Source of the DNA: Pristiophorus japonicus
Lineage: Eukaryota
Direction of reading: 5' to 3'
Assembly (NCBI RefSeq): GCF_044704955.1
Contig: NC_091993.1
Coordinates: 116,994,001-117,058,000, forward strand
DNA length: 64,000 nucleotides
Shown here: positions 12,477-23,542 of the stretch, piece after piece
How the letters are laid out: each line of letters starts with the position of its first letter
Position numbering within the stretch: position 1 is the stretch's first letter
Notes under the pieces: generated by a model
Databases searched by the model: none
What the model was told of the DNA's origin: nothing
What the model saw: only the letters and a program-made list of their open reading frames with translations
Made by a program: the position numbers and the translations under genes

Positions 12477-14059
12477 ATTTTAAGTGACATCCGGGAACAT
12501 TAAAAGTGTTAATGAGAAGCAATCCTCGTGCATGTTAAAGCTGCAGGATTAAAAAAAATAGCCTTTACATTTCAAGGGGTGGATTTTCCGATCTTCTGCT
12601 CTGCGGTTTCGCCCTGGAGCGGCGGCAATGGCGGCGGTGAGGTGTTCCGGGCGGGCGGTCAGCCTCCAACGCCCCGCAGCGATCCTTGGATCCGGTTCAG
12701 CGGCGGCATGGAGCAGCGCCACCCGGAACAACTGCTGGTTGCGACACTGGCGTGAGTTTGAGCGACCTGTCCGCCTGGAATCGCGCCTTGCAATTAACCC
12801 CCGGGAAATCACGGTGGTCCAACCACCCCGTCGGCGAAGAGGTGAGTAATGGAATCCGAAGGTTAAGTGTGGATTGTTTTCTCTTTTAATTTTGGTCGCG
12901 ATTTGTGTTGTGGTGGCGTGGGCAATGTTTTGGGAATATTTTTGTGGGTTTTCTTTAGGTACCACCCCCACCCCCCCAGGCCTCTCTCGGAGCACTCCTG
13001 GCCCGACTCTTTAGCTCGGGAGTTTCCCAACCTTGCGCCAAGAGAGGTGTACAACGCCTCCCTTAGCGCTGTGCCTCTCCCCCGACGCAGGGCCCAGATG
13101 TCCAAACTTACCGACTGAGGCGCAAACTATTCCCGGCCACTAACTTTCCCACCCCACTGCCATTATCACCCCAAAAACATCAAAGCCTAAAAGCCTAAAA
13201 GCGCAGTGCAAAGTAATTGATTGAAAGTGGGAATTATGCGCAATGAATTGGATTCCACCATAAAAGCAAAATCTGTGCGTATTTTAAAGGCTGCCGTAAT
13301 GAAGTAATGTAGTCATTTAAAAGAATGAAAAGCGATCCATTTTCTGATTGGAGGACCAGGCCCACGTGATCCCAGGTAGGCCTCCGCACAGACTGTGCCC
13401 CTGGGATCCGTGGGCCATTTCGCTGCCCTCCAGCGCACAGCATGAGAGCGCAGTAGGGCCGCCATCAGGTTGGTGAGTATTCTTTGTGCGGGTTGGTGGC
13501 GTACTCCGGTGGTACGTCACCGACCACAATTTTTGTCCCAATATACCTGATTATTTTTGCAGTGACTAAAAGATGTTGCCACAAATTGCTAAATATTTAC
13601 ACTCGCATATGAGGTGGTGCAGTATGTTGTTGGTGTGCGAGCGAACATATTGCAGCGCTGGCTGGTTGTGTGTTAGTTTGCGTTAGTGATTCCCAACTAG
13701 GCCAATGGCCTGTCTTGCTGGTGTGACTGAGAAGGTGGGCTACTTGTGTCTGGTGCCCTGCTGTAGGCTTGAGAATCAACTCTTCTACATTGCAACAGTG
13801 ACTACACTCAAAAGCACTGCATTCTAAAGCCCTTTAGGACATCCTGGGGTCACAAAAGGCGCTATAGAAATGGAAGCCTTTCTTTCCAAGGAAATGTCAA
13901 GTTTAGAGAAATGGGTGATTTGTTCATGTAACATTGTAGAAAGCGGACTTGTGGTGATGATGGAATAGCTCCCATATTAAATGCATGAACTAAGACAAAT
14001 TTTTTTGTATTAATGCTGCATATCTTGTATATCTGGTTTCAAATAATAGTCAATATTTG

Positions 14060-14160
14060 TTCTGACGAAGGGTCATATACCTGAAACGTTAACTCTGTTT
14101 CTCTCTCCACAGATGCTGCCCGACCCACTGAGTATTTCCAGCATTGTCTGTTTTTGTTTC
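14060..14160 (+). mobile_element. Penelope-like terminal-repeat remnant with a hammerhead-like core
   Basis: CTGACGA-stem-GAAACGTTA at 14062-14091, followed by sequence shared with 44235-44290. Confidence 0.5.
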
Positions 14161-14554
14161 GGTCAATATTTGTGATTTTATTTTCCATTCACAAGCTCTA
14201 CATAAACTATACTGCATGCGTACATGTATAATAAACAAAACTGGCATCTTCAAACCATTACCAACAATTGACAAAGTTACAATCTCTACAATAATAAAAC
14301 CGTATGCTTCGCGAACATTTCCTGATCTTCACAATTCCGTTTGCTAGCTGCCACAATTCATGCATCACATTTTTTTTTTAAAAGGAAGGCAATGAAAGCA
14401 ATCCTTGAGAATGTACAGCAAAATGCTCCAGGAACAAAAGAAAACAGACACATACTAGAACAACAAATGAATATTCAACGGATCAAATCTGTGTTGATGA
14501 CCAAAGCTGTAATTTTTCAATAAAAACAAGTGACAGGACAGTTACTCAGTAGAT

Positions 14555-14910
14555 CAAACGAGCCAAAGGTGGGCACAGGAAACGTTACATGGACACCCTC
14601 TAAGCCTCCCTGATAAAGTGCAACATCCCCACTGATACCTGGGAGTCCCTGGCCAAAGACCGCCCTAAGAGCATCCGGGAGGGCGCTGAGCACCTCGAGT
14701 CTCATCGCCGAGAGCATGCAGAAACCAAGCGCAGGCAGCGGAAAGAGCGTGCGGCAAACCTGTCCCACCCACCCCCTCTCTCAACGACTATCTGTCCCAC
14801 TTGTGACAGAGACCGTGGTTCTCGTATTGGACTGTTCAGCCACCTAAGAACTCATTTTAAGAGTGGAAGCAAGTCTTCCTCGATTCCAAGGGATTGCCTA
14901 TGATGATGAG
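14555..14910 (+). mobile_element. RTE 3' fragment, in the probable 3' UTR of the receptor gene
   Basis: Matches the other RTE 3' ends; ATGATGATG tail. Confidence 0.85.
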
Positions 14911-15060
14911 ATCTGTAGAAAAAAATAGCTTTAAAACATATCTAAGTTCACAGGGACAGTCTTCTTGAGAAACACTGTAAGAGGAGATGGTTCTATTGAA
15001 GCCGTGTTCCTGGAGTTGTACAGAGGAGGACTCGTGCTGTTCCTCTTGTGGTTGATTTCA

Positions 15061-15225
15061 TTATGATCTGAAAAGCAGTGTTGAATATTCTACAGTTTCC
15101 GAAGCATCCTGGCCATTGGCTGTTCCTTCTTTAAGATCCTGAACATTACAGTAAATATTTTCCACTTCAGCTTTCGGGAGGATCTTCACATTGGAATATG
15201 TCACTTCCTTATCTTCCTTAGAAAA
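15061..15225 (-). CDS. CD300/pIgR-like receptor, exon 6 (cytoplasmic tail with ITIMs VTYSNV and VEYSTL, plus NIYCNV; stop TAA)
   Basis: CTCAG acceptor, phase 0; three Tyr motifs typical of inhibitory Ig receptors. Confidence 0.87.
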   Translation of the reverse strand, partial: FSKEDKEVTYSNVKILPKAEVENIYCNVQDLKEGTANGQDASETVEYSTLLFRS

Positions 15226-16369
15226 CTGAGACAAATGCAAAACCGTCACCACAATAGCGACACAACGTTATCCAAACTCACAGCTTTTATCATAACCAAT
15301 AAATATTAAAGTTGCAAATTCCGTTCTGTGTTATTGTCTACTTTACCCATTATATACATATTTACAGGAACCCAATGTTCCCTCATTCGTTTCTGTGAGA
15401 GACATTTTTTTTTTGAAGTCGAGAAACTTGGACGAAGGGCCAAGGTTCAGAATGGAGGACATCAGCAAGGTCGTTAGAGAAGCTGAGGTAAGTCAGAAAG
15501 TAAAGGAAGAAGAAACTTGCATAATGTGGGGTCTTTCATGACTTCAGGACGTCCCAAACCATTATACAATTAAGGCCCTCGTGACCCCCAGCCCTCATAC
15601 CGCCAACCCTCGAACCCCCGACTCTCGCATCCCCCAACACTCATGTCCCTGACCCTTGCACCCCCGACTCTCGCCCCCACTTTTGCCCCCTGACACTTGC
15701 AAACACCCACCCCCATCTCTCCCGCCTCCCCGGACTCCAGCTCCTCCCCCAATCAATAATTATTTCCCACTCTCGTGCCACCCAATTCTTGTGCCATCCA
15801 TCTCTCTCGGCCCCAGGACTTTAGCTCCCCCACGATTCCCCCCCCCTCCCCCCACCAAAATTGCTTCCGGCACTGCAGCCGGTCCTGGCTCTCTGCTGGG
15901 CTGCGAGTTGCTGCTATGGCCTCAAAATGTAGATCACTTGGGCACTGTTACAGGTCCTATTCTGGGAGTCCCCAGGGCAATCCAGGTGCCTTGGCAGTCT
16001 GTAAGAACTGCCCCGAGCACTGAACCTACTGCCCTTTGTGGCGATCTCTCGGTTTGCTGCAGATCGGCCTGCACCGGCCATTTTTGACGTGCGAAGCTCG
16101 AGTACGCAGCGGCTCTGACTGAGGTTCCCAGTTCAGTGTCGTCACCTTCACACAGAACCAGAGTCCAAGGAGATAGGGAGAGAGATTGGGCCTGTTCAAA
16201 GTGACATCGACTGGAGTGCCTGAACGCACCTTGTGCATTGCAGGGGGATGCCAGCTGTAGTTTCGGGGTGAGTATCAGTGCGTTATAGGATTACCATTAT
16301 TTATAGGTAAGATATTGTGGCCCTATTCATACCAATTACATATAAACTCTCAGAGTGACTTAATCTATT

Positions 16370-16815
16370 ACTTTCACCCTCGCCTCAGAGTCAGAAGGTT
16401 GTGGGTTCAAGCCCCACTCCAGAGATTTGAGCACAAGAATCTAGGCTGACACTCCCAGTGCAGTGCTGAGGGAGTGCTGCACTGTCGAAGGTGCCGTCTT
16501 TCGGATGAGACGTTAAACTGAAGCCCCGTCTGCTCTCTCAGGTGGACATAAAAGATCCCATGACACTAATTCAAAGAAGAGCAGGAATGTGATCCCCACT
16601 GTCCTGGCCAATATTTATCCATCATACAACATCACCAGAACAAATTATCTGGTCATTATCACATTGCTGTTTGTGGGAGCTTGCTGTGCGGAAATTAGCA
16701 CGTGTTTCCTACATTACAACAGTGACTACACTCCAAAAGTACTTCATTGGCTGTAAAGCGCTTTGGGACATCTGGTGGTCGTGAAAGATGCTATATAAAT
16801 GCAAGTCTTTCTTTT
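16370..16815 (+). mobile_element. Deu-domain SINE copy
   Basis: Homologous to 6590-7048; partial copies also at 5185-5305, 13780-13885, 23620-23935. Confidence 0.8.
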
Positions 16816-17281
16816 TATGTGGGAAGCCTGAGTGTTACCAATATTACTATTAATTATCAGCGCTATTTCGGAGAGTCACTCTTAGTCACTGGTGGAATCA
16901 AAGTTACTCCCACCTGGCTTCCGCTCGACGAATCGCTCCCCCAGCTTCGATTTCTACTCCTCCCCGCTCTCTGTTTCCCCCCCTTTGCTTGCTCACAGGA
17001 GGTCGCCTGGCCTTGGAACCTCTCGCACGACAGCTGCAGGTTTGAACCCATGAGCAACAATACTCTACTGCAGGAGACCCAACCATTATAAGCTAAGTGC
17101 AATAAAATCTGCAGCTCTCGCACAATCAGACGTCACGTGATCGGAGGTCATGTGATCGAGTGTAGCGTGGCCAGAATGCCACGTGATCAAACCTTCAGGA
17201 GTGCATCCAATCAGAGTTGGCAACCCTCTCCTGAGGCTGACCATCTTCCGCATTGGTGGGTCTGATGTGGCATTATCTTAC

Positions 17282-17334
17282 CTTGCAGGTTACTGCAGAT
17301 TTTTCCACCCCAGTCACATTCTGTTCATTTGTGC
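17282..17334 (-). CDS. CD300/pIgR-like receptor, exon 5 (cytoplasmic GTNEQNVTGVEKSAVTCK)
   Basis: TTTTATAG acceptor, AAG|GTAAGA donor; phase 1-0 bridges exons 4 and 6 in frame. Confidence 0.75.
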
Positions 17335-18751
17335 CTATAAAATAAAATTATAATTAAAACATCATTTTATGATAAGAACTTTATTGAGCTCAAATATGCA
17401 ATGATTCCTGGTGGGTTGTATTCATTTAAGCAATATGTGATCAGTGTTTTAAGGAAAACATGATAAACACAATCTATCATAAGTTTTGTAGAAATGTTAC
17501 TCGTCTGAAAGATAGAAGAAGGAATTTATGTTTATGCATTTATGTAGTGCCTTCTCTCATCCTTAGGTGGTCCCAATGGCTTACAGAATACATTGGTTGC
17601 TAAAGAATATGATTCATAAATTACAACAACTTGTATTAATATAGCGTTCTTAACATTGTAAAACATTCCAAGGCACTTCAGAGGAGTGTTATATGACAAA
17701 ATATTTGACACCAAGCCACATAAGAAATTAGGGCGATGATTAAAGACTTGGTCAAAGAGGTAGGTTCTAAGGAGCGTCTTAAAGGAGGAAAGAAAGGTGG
17801 AGAGGTTTAGGGAGGGAGTTCCATAGCTTAGGGCCGAGGCAGTTGAAGGCAGGACCTCCAACTAGTCTATTGCAGCACCATACTAAGCCTCTTGAAAAAA
17901 TTCAAAGTGCACTGGAAAGGCACAAAGGAGGCAATTTTCCTGTTCCTGCATGAATTGAAACAAACATAGTTTCTCACTGGTGAGAGGCAGGAGTATAACA
18001 TCACTGGAGGGAGCCTGATTGCTTTCACTTGTGAATACCCCATTCTTTGTTTTCCTTTGAGACTTTTTCTTTTGTTAATTTGCCCCCTGCTTACCCCCTT
18101 GTCTTCTGCAGGTGTTGACTTTCACTGGCCTACAGTTACACCACTACCAGCTATCCCCTGATACCTTGCTCAAGTGCCCATTCAAAGTGAGTGAACCTGG
18201 GCAATGATTGCGGTTCAATTGTGGAAGACATCACAGTCATGCGCGATCCAATCCTCTCCACAAGCACACAACACTAGAAAAAGGAGAAGGAGTGGGCCAT
18301 TTGGCCTCTCGAGCCCGCTCCACCATTTAATAAGGTCATGGCTAATCTGATCTTGGGCTCAGCTCCACTTCCCTGCCCGCTCCCCATAACCCTTCACTCC
18401 CTTATCGCTCAAAAACCTGTCCACCTTAAATATATTCAATGACCCAGCCTCCACAGCTTTCTGGGACAGAGAATTCCACAGAGTTACAACCCTTTGAGAG
18501 AAGAAATTTCTCCTCATCTCAGTTCAAAATGGGCGACCCCTTATTCTGAAACTATGCCCCTTAGTTCTAGATTCCCCCACGAGGAGAAACATTCTCTCTG
18601 CATCTACCTTGTCGAGCCCCCTCTTATATGTTTCAATAAGATCACCTCTCATTCTTCTAAATTCCAATAAGTATAGGCCCAATCTGCTCAATCTTTCTTC
18701 ATAAGTCAACCGCTTCATCTCAGGAATCAACCTTGTGAACTTTCTCTGGAC

Positions 18752-19034
18752 TTTTTTTTTTATTCGTTGCCAATCTTTCCAATTCTTTGTCAAATCACAA
18801 ACGCCAGAGGTCACCTTGCACACATCAAGGATCACTCTGCGCCAAAGCTCTTAGCCAAAAGGCCGAGAGCCACTGCACCGTTCCTGGAAGTACTGCAATA
18901 CCAGGTTCGTGCCATGGAGGTGGATGGGTCAGGCCTCCCACACCTCCGTGGAGATGGATGGGTCAAGCCACCCCACCCACCTCCTATTTCCAAAAAGCAT
19001 AGGAGAATCACCTTCCTGATTCAGGGAGAACCAC
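18752..19034 (-). mobile_element. snRNA-derived SINEU-like retroposon, second tandem 5'-truncated copy
   Basis: Near-identical to 19036-19322; ends in AAT(A)10. Confidence 0.85.
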
Positions 19035-19035
19035 G

Positions 19036-19382
19036 TTTTTTTTAAAAATTCGTAGCCAATCTTTCCAATTCTTTGTCAAATCACAAACGCCAGAGGTCAC
19101 CTTGCACACATCAAGGATCACTCTGCGCCAATGCTCTTAGCCAAAAGGCCGAGAGCCACTGCACCGTTCCTGGAAGTACTGCAATACCAGGTTCGTGCCA
19201 TGGAGGTGGATGAGTCAGGTCCCCCACACACCTCCGTGGAGGTGGATGGGTCAAGCCACCCCACCCACCTCCTATTTACAAAAAGCATAGGAGAACCACC
19301 TTCCTGATCCAGGGAGAACCACTTTGGGGTCATGGTTACTCCCCTGTCAGGTCAGTTACGCATGATCTTAGCCAAAAGGCCG
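19036..19382 (-). mobile_element. snRNA-derived (U2/U1 chimeric) SINEU-like retroposon, longer copy
   Basis: Minus strand reads: U2 nt10-29 (19382-19363); U1 5'/stem-loop I-like (19358-19309); second U1 piece (19309-19285); U2 3' half from the Sm region to SL IV (19284-19160); U2 5' again (19156-19135); unique tail; A-tract. Confidence 0.85.
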
Positions 19383-19810
19383 CCGTCAATGCAAGTATAT
19401 CCCTCCTTAAATAAGGTGACCAAAACTATATGCAGTACTTTAGGTATGGCGTCGCCAATACCCTGTACAGTTGTAACATTTCACAACTCTCAAGAAAAAT
19501 ATATTCCAGTGAGGAGGAAAGGGTGTAAAAGAAAAGATAGCCATCTGTGGCTAACTAAAGAAATAAAGGACAGTATCCAATTAAAAACAAGGGCTCTCAA
19601 AGTGGCCAAAACTAGTGGGAGGACAGCTACGTTTGCATAGGCTGGGGTGATCGGACCCAGGTCTTCTGGTTTCTATGCCTTAAAACTACTGCGAGGCAGC
19701 TCATACTGACTCCTACTAGCAAAGGTTTGTATCTTCAATGATAATGATAATGACATTGGGTTGGTGAATTTCTGAGTTTCATTCCCTCATAGATAGTTCC
19801 TCCTCTCTGC

Positions 19811-22736
19811 CATAGAAACATAGAAACATAGAAAATAGGTGCAGGAGTAGGCCATTCGGCCCTTCTAGCCTGCACCGCCATTCAATGAGTTCATGGCTGA
19901 ACATTCAACTTCAGTACCCCATTCCTGCTTTCTCGCCATACCCCTTGATCCCCCTAGCAGTAAGGACCTCATCTAACTCCTTTTTGAATATATTTAGTGA
20001 ATTGGCCTCAACAACTTTCTGTGGTAGAGAATTCCACAGGTTCACCACTCTCTGGGTGAAGAAGTTCCTCCGCATCTCGGTCCTAAATGGCTTACCCCTT
20101 ATCCTTAGACTGTGACCCCTGGTTCTGGACTTCCCCAACATTGGGAACATTCTTCCTGCATCTAACCTGTCTAACCCCGTCAGAATTTTATATGTTTCTA
20201 TGAGGTCCCCTCTCATTCTTCTGAACTCCAGTGAATACAAGCCCAGTTGATCCAGTCTTTCTTGATAGGTCAGTCCCGCCATCCCGGGAATCAGTCTGGT
20301 GAACCTTCGCTGCACTCCCTCAATAGCAAGAATGTCCTTCCTCAGGTTAGGAGACCAAAACTGTACACAATACTCCAGGTGTGGCCTCACCAATGCCCTG
20401 TACAACTGTAGCAACACCTCCCTGCCCCTGTACTCAAATCCCCTTGCTATGAAGGCCAACATGCCATTTGCTTTCTTAACCGCCTGCTGCACCTGCATGC
20501 CAACCTTCAATGACTGATGTACCATGACACCCAGGTCTCTTTGCACCTCCCCTTTTCCTAATCTGTCACCATTCAGATAATAGTCTGTCTCTCTGTTTTT
20601 ACCACCAAAGTGGATAACCTCACATTTATCCACATTATACTTCATCTGCCATGCATTTGCCCACTCACCTAACCTATCCAAGTCGCTCTGCAGCCTCACA
20701 GCATCCTCCTCGCAGCTCACACTGCCACCCAACTTAGTGTCATCCGCAAATTTGGAGATACTACATTTAATCCCCTCATCTAAATCATTAATGTACAGTG
20801 TAAACAGCTGGGGCCCCAGCACAGAACCTTGCGGTACCCCACTAGTCACTGCCTGCCATTCTGAAAAGTACCCATTTACTCCTACTCTTTGCTTCCTGTC
20901 TGACAACCAGTTCTCAATCCATGTCAGTACACTACCCCCAATCCCATGTGCTCTAACTTTGCACATCAATCTCTTGTGTGGGACCTTGTCGAACGCCTTC
21001 TGAAAGTCCAAATATACCACATCAACTGGTTCTCCCTTATCCACTCTACTGGAAACATCCTCAAAAAATTCCAGAAGATTTGTCAAGCATGATTTCCCTT
21101 TCACAAATCCATGCTGACTTGGACCTATCATGTCACCTCTTTCCAAATGCACTGCTATGACATCCTTAATAATTGATTCCATCATTTTACCCACTACCGA
21201 TGTCAGGCTGACCGGTCTATAATTCCCTGTTTTCTCTCTCCCTCCTTTTTTAAAAAGTGGGGTTACATTGGCTACCCTCCACTCCATAGGAACTGATCCA
21301 GAGTCAATGGAATGTTGGAAAATGACTGTCAACGCATCCACTATTTCCAAGGCCACCTCCTTAAGTACTCTGGGATGCAGTCCATCAGGCCCTGGGGATT
21401 TATCGGCCTTCAATCCCATCAATTTCCCCAACACAATTTCCCGGCTAATAAGGATTTCCCTCAGTTCCTCCTCCTTACTAGACCCCCCGACCCCTTTTAT
21501 AACCGGAAGGTTGTTCGTGTCCTCCTTCGTGAATACCGAACCAAAGTACTTGTTCAATTGGTCCGCCATTTCTTTGTTCCCCGTTATGACTTCCCCTGAT
21601 TCCGACTGCAGGGGACCTACATTTGTCTTTACTAACCTTTTTCTCTTTACATATCTATAGAAACCTTTGCAATCCGTCTTAATGTTCCCTGCAAGCTTCT
21701 TCTCATACTCCATTTTCCCTGCCCTAATCAAACCCTTTGTCCTCCTCTGCTGAGTTCTAAATTTCTCCCAGTCCCCAGGTTCGCTGCTATTTCTGGCCAA
21801 TTTGTATGCCACTTCCTTGGCTTTAATACTATCCCTGATTTCCCTTGATAGCCACGGTTGAGCCACCTTCCCTTTTTTATTTCTATGCCAGACAGGAATG
21901 TACAATTGTTGTAGTTCATCCATGCGGTCTCTAAATGTCTGCCATTGCCCATCCACAGTCAACCCCTTAAGTATCATTCGCCAATCCATCTCAGCCAATT
22001 CACGCCTCATACCTTCAAAGTTAGCCTTCTTTAAGTTCTGGACCATGGTCTCTGAATTAACTGTTTCATTCTCCATCCTAATGCAGAATTCCACCATATT
22101 ATGGTCACTCTTCCCCAAGGGGCCTCGCACAACGAGATTGCTAATTAATCCTTTCTCATTACATAACACCCAGTCTAAGATGGCCTCCCCCCTAGTTGGT
22201 TCCTCGACATATTGGTCTAAAAAACCATCCCTTATGCACTCCAGAAAATCCTCCTCCACCGTATTGCTTCCAGTTTGGTTAGCCCAATCTATGTGCATAT
22301 TAAAGTCACCCATTATAACTGCTGCACCTTTATTGCACGCACCCCTAATTTCCTGTTTGATGCCCTCCCCAACATCACTACTACTGTTTGGAGGTCTGTA
22401 CACAACTCCCACTAACGTTTTTTGCCCTTTGGTGTTCTGCAGCTCTACCCATATAGATTCCACATCATCCAAGCTAATGTCCTTCCTAACTATTGCCTTA
22501 ATCTCCTCCTTAACCAGCAATGCTACCCCACCTCCTTTTCCTTTTATTCTATCCTTCCTGAATGTTGAATACCCCTGGATGTTGAGTTCCCAGCCCTGCT
22601 CATCCTGGAGCCACGTCTCCGTAATCCCAATCACATCATATTTGTTAACATCTATTTGCACAGTTAATTCATCCACCTTATTGCGGATACTCCTTGCATT
22701 AAGACACAAAGCCTTTAGGCTTGTTTTTTTAACACC
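19811..22736 (-). mobile_element. Young 5'-truncated CR1 LINE with intact ORF2
   Basis: (TTTCTATG)n 3' tail at 19811-19835; CTCTGC target-site duplication at 19805-19810 and 22737-22742. Confidence 0.95.
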
Positions 22737-22757
22737 CTCTGCACTGCTCCCCAACAT
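19911..22757 (-). CDS. CR1 ORF2: APE endonuclease + reverse transcriptase, 948 aa, uninterrupted
   Basis: EN motifs NARS, ETW, YRPP, GDFN, SDH; RT motifs YLDFQKAFDKV, GVPQGSVLGP, FADD. Confidence 0.93.
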   Translation of the reverse strand: MLGSSAEGVKKTSLKALCLNARSIRNKVDELTVQIDVNKYDVIGITETWLQDEQGWELNIQGYSTFRKDRIKGKGGGVALLVKEEIKAIVRKDISLDDVESIWVELQNTKGQKTLVGVVYRPPNSSSDVGEGIKQEIRGACNKGAAVIMGDFNMHIDWANQTGSNTVEEDFLECIRDGFLDQYVEEPTRGEAILDWVLCNEKGLISNLVVRGPLGKSDHNMVEFCIRMENETVNSETMVQNLKKANFEGMRRELAEMDWRMILKGLTVDGQWQTFRDRMDELQQLYIPVWHRNKKGKVAQPWLSREIRDSIKAKEVAYKLARNSSEPGDWEKFRTQQRRTKGLIRAGKMEYEKKLAGNIKTDCKGFYRYVKRKRLVKTNVGPLQSESGEVITGNKEMADQLNKYFGSVFTKEDTNNLPVIKGVGGSSKEEELREILISREIVLGKLMGLKADKSPGPDGLHPRVLKEVALEIVDALTVIFQHSIDSGSVPMEWRVANVTPLFKKGGREKTGNYRPVSLTSVVGKMMESIIKDVIAVHLERGDMIGPSQHGFVKGKSCLTNLLEFFEDVSSRVDKGEPVDVVYLDFQKAFDKVPHKRLMCKVRAHGIGGSVLTWIENWLSDRKQRVGVNGYFSEWQAVTSGVPQGSVLGPQLFTLYINDLDEGIKCSISKFADDTKLGGSVSCEEDAVRLQSDLDRLGEWANAWQMKYNVDKCEVIHFGGKNRETDYYLNGDRLGKGEVQRDLGVMVHQSLKVGMQVQQAVKKANGMLAFIARGFEYRGREVLLQLYRALVRPHLEYCVQFWSPNLRKDILAIEGVQRRFTRLIPGMAGLTYQERLDQLGLYSLEFRRMRGDLIETYKILTGLDRLDAGRMFPMLGKSRTRGHSLRIRGKPFRTEMRRNFFTQRVVNLWNSLPQKVVEANSLNIFKKELDEVLTARGIKGYGEKAGMGY

Positions 22758-22999
22758 CCCAGCTTAACTGTGACCTCACCATGCAGGGAATTGCACAGGT
22801 GAGTCTGGGTACAACCAGTTCTGGCCCCTTATCCGAGATCTCAGTTTTCACGTAAGAATTTTTATCCCAATGGAGTATGACTAAATCTTGAAATATTAAA
22901 TTGTGTTTAAAACTACTTCAGATATATTGAATTTAATTCTTGTTGTATGTTCCTGACATGCTGTGCTTTGCTATTTTTTTCCGAGAAGTGCGTTGGTGC

Positions 23000-23542
23000 G
23001 ATGACGCAGCCCCTGTCCGGACATGGATTGGGTCTGTGGTGGATCAGTTGGTCAGAATCACGGCTTGCATGTAGTCAGGGAGCAGGCGGAGGATGGTGAC
23101 AAGCTTTTGGGGGCAGCCGAAACAGAGGAGGACACTCCATAGTCCCTCATGGTTGACTGTGTCAAAGACCTTTGTAAGGTCAAAGAAGACCAGGGTTGGT
23201 GCTGTTCCCTGCATTTCTCTTGTAGTTGTCGCGCGGTGAAGATCATCGCCACTGATACCTGGGAGTCCCTGGCCTACGTCCCCCCAAAGTGGAGGAAGAG
23301 CATCCGGGAGGGCGCTGAGCACCTCGAGTCTTGTCGCCGAGAGCATGCAGAAAACAAGCGCAGGCAGCGGAAGGAGTGTGCAGCAAACCAGACTCCCCAC
23401 CCACCCTTTCCTTCAACCACGGTCTGTCCCACCTGTGACAGATACTGTAATTCCTGCATTGGACTGTACAGTCACCTGAGAACTCACTTTTAGAGTGGAA
23501 GCAAGTCTTCCTCGATTTCGAGGGGCTGCCTATGATAATGAT
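23000..23542. mobile_element. RTE LINE with inverted 5' part (minus 23000-23248, plus 23248-23542)
   Basis: MIFTARQLQEKC on minus, TDTWESLA..CPTC..HLRTHF on plus. Confidence 0.8.

Larger units (their letters stand above)
18275..19625 (-). mobile_element. CR1 3' fragment hosting the snRNA-derived insertion, with an inverted upstream CR1 piece at about 19476-19625
   Basis: CR1 ORF2 sequence continues across 18751/19383. Confidence 0.8.

Noticed and set aside
19044-19134. U4 snRNA-like words in the tail (AGCTTTGGCGCAG in the left copy; TCGTAGCCAAT on the opposite strand)
   Set aside because: Matches are 11-13 nt and on conflicting strands; not distinguishable from chance without a covariance search
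19036-19382. Functional U2 or U1 snRNA gene
   Set aside because: Permuted and fragmentary, branch-point region missing, poly(A) tail present, embedded in a CR1 with no snRNA promoter context
21898-22767. 289-aa plus-strand ORF (and a similar one at 58800-59651)
   Set aside because: Antisense shadow of the CR1 endonuclease region; no recognisable domain
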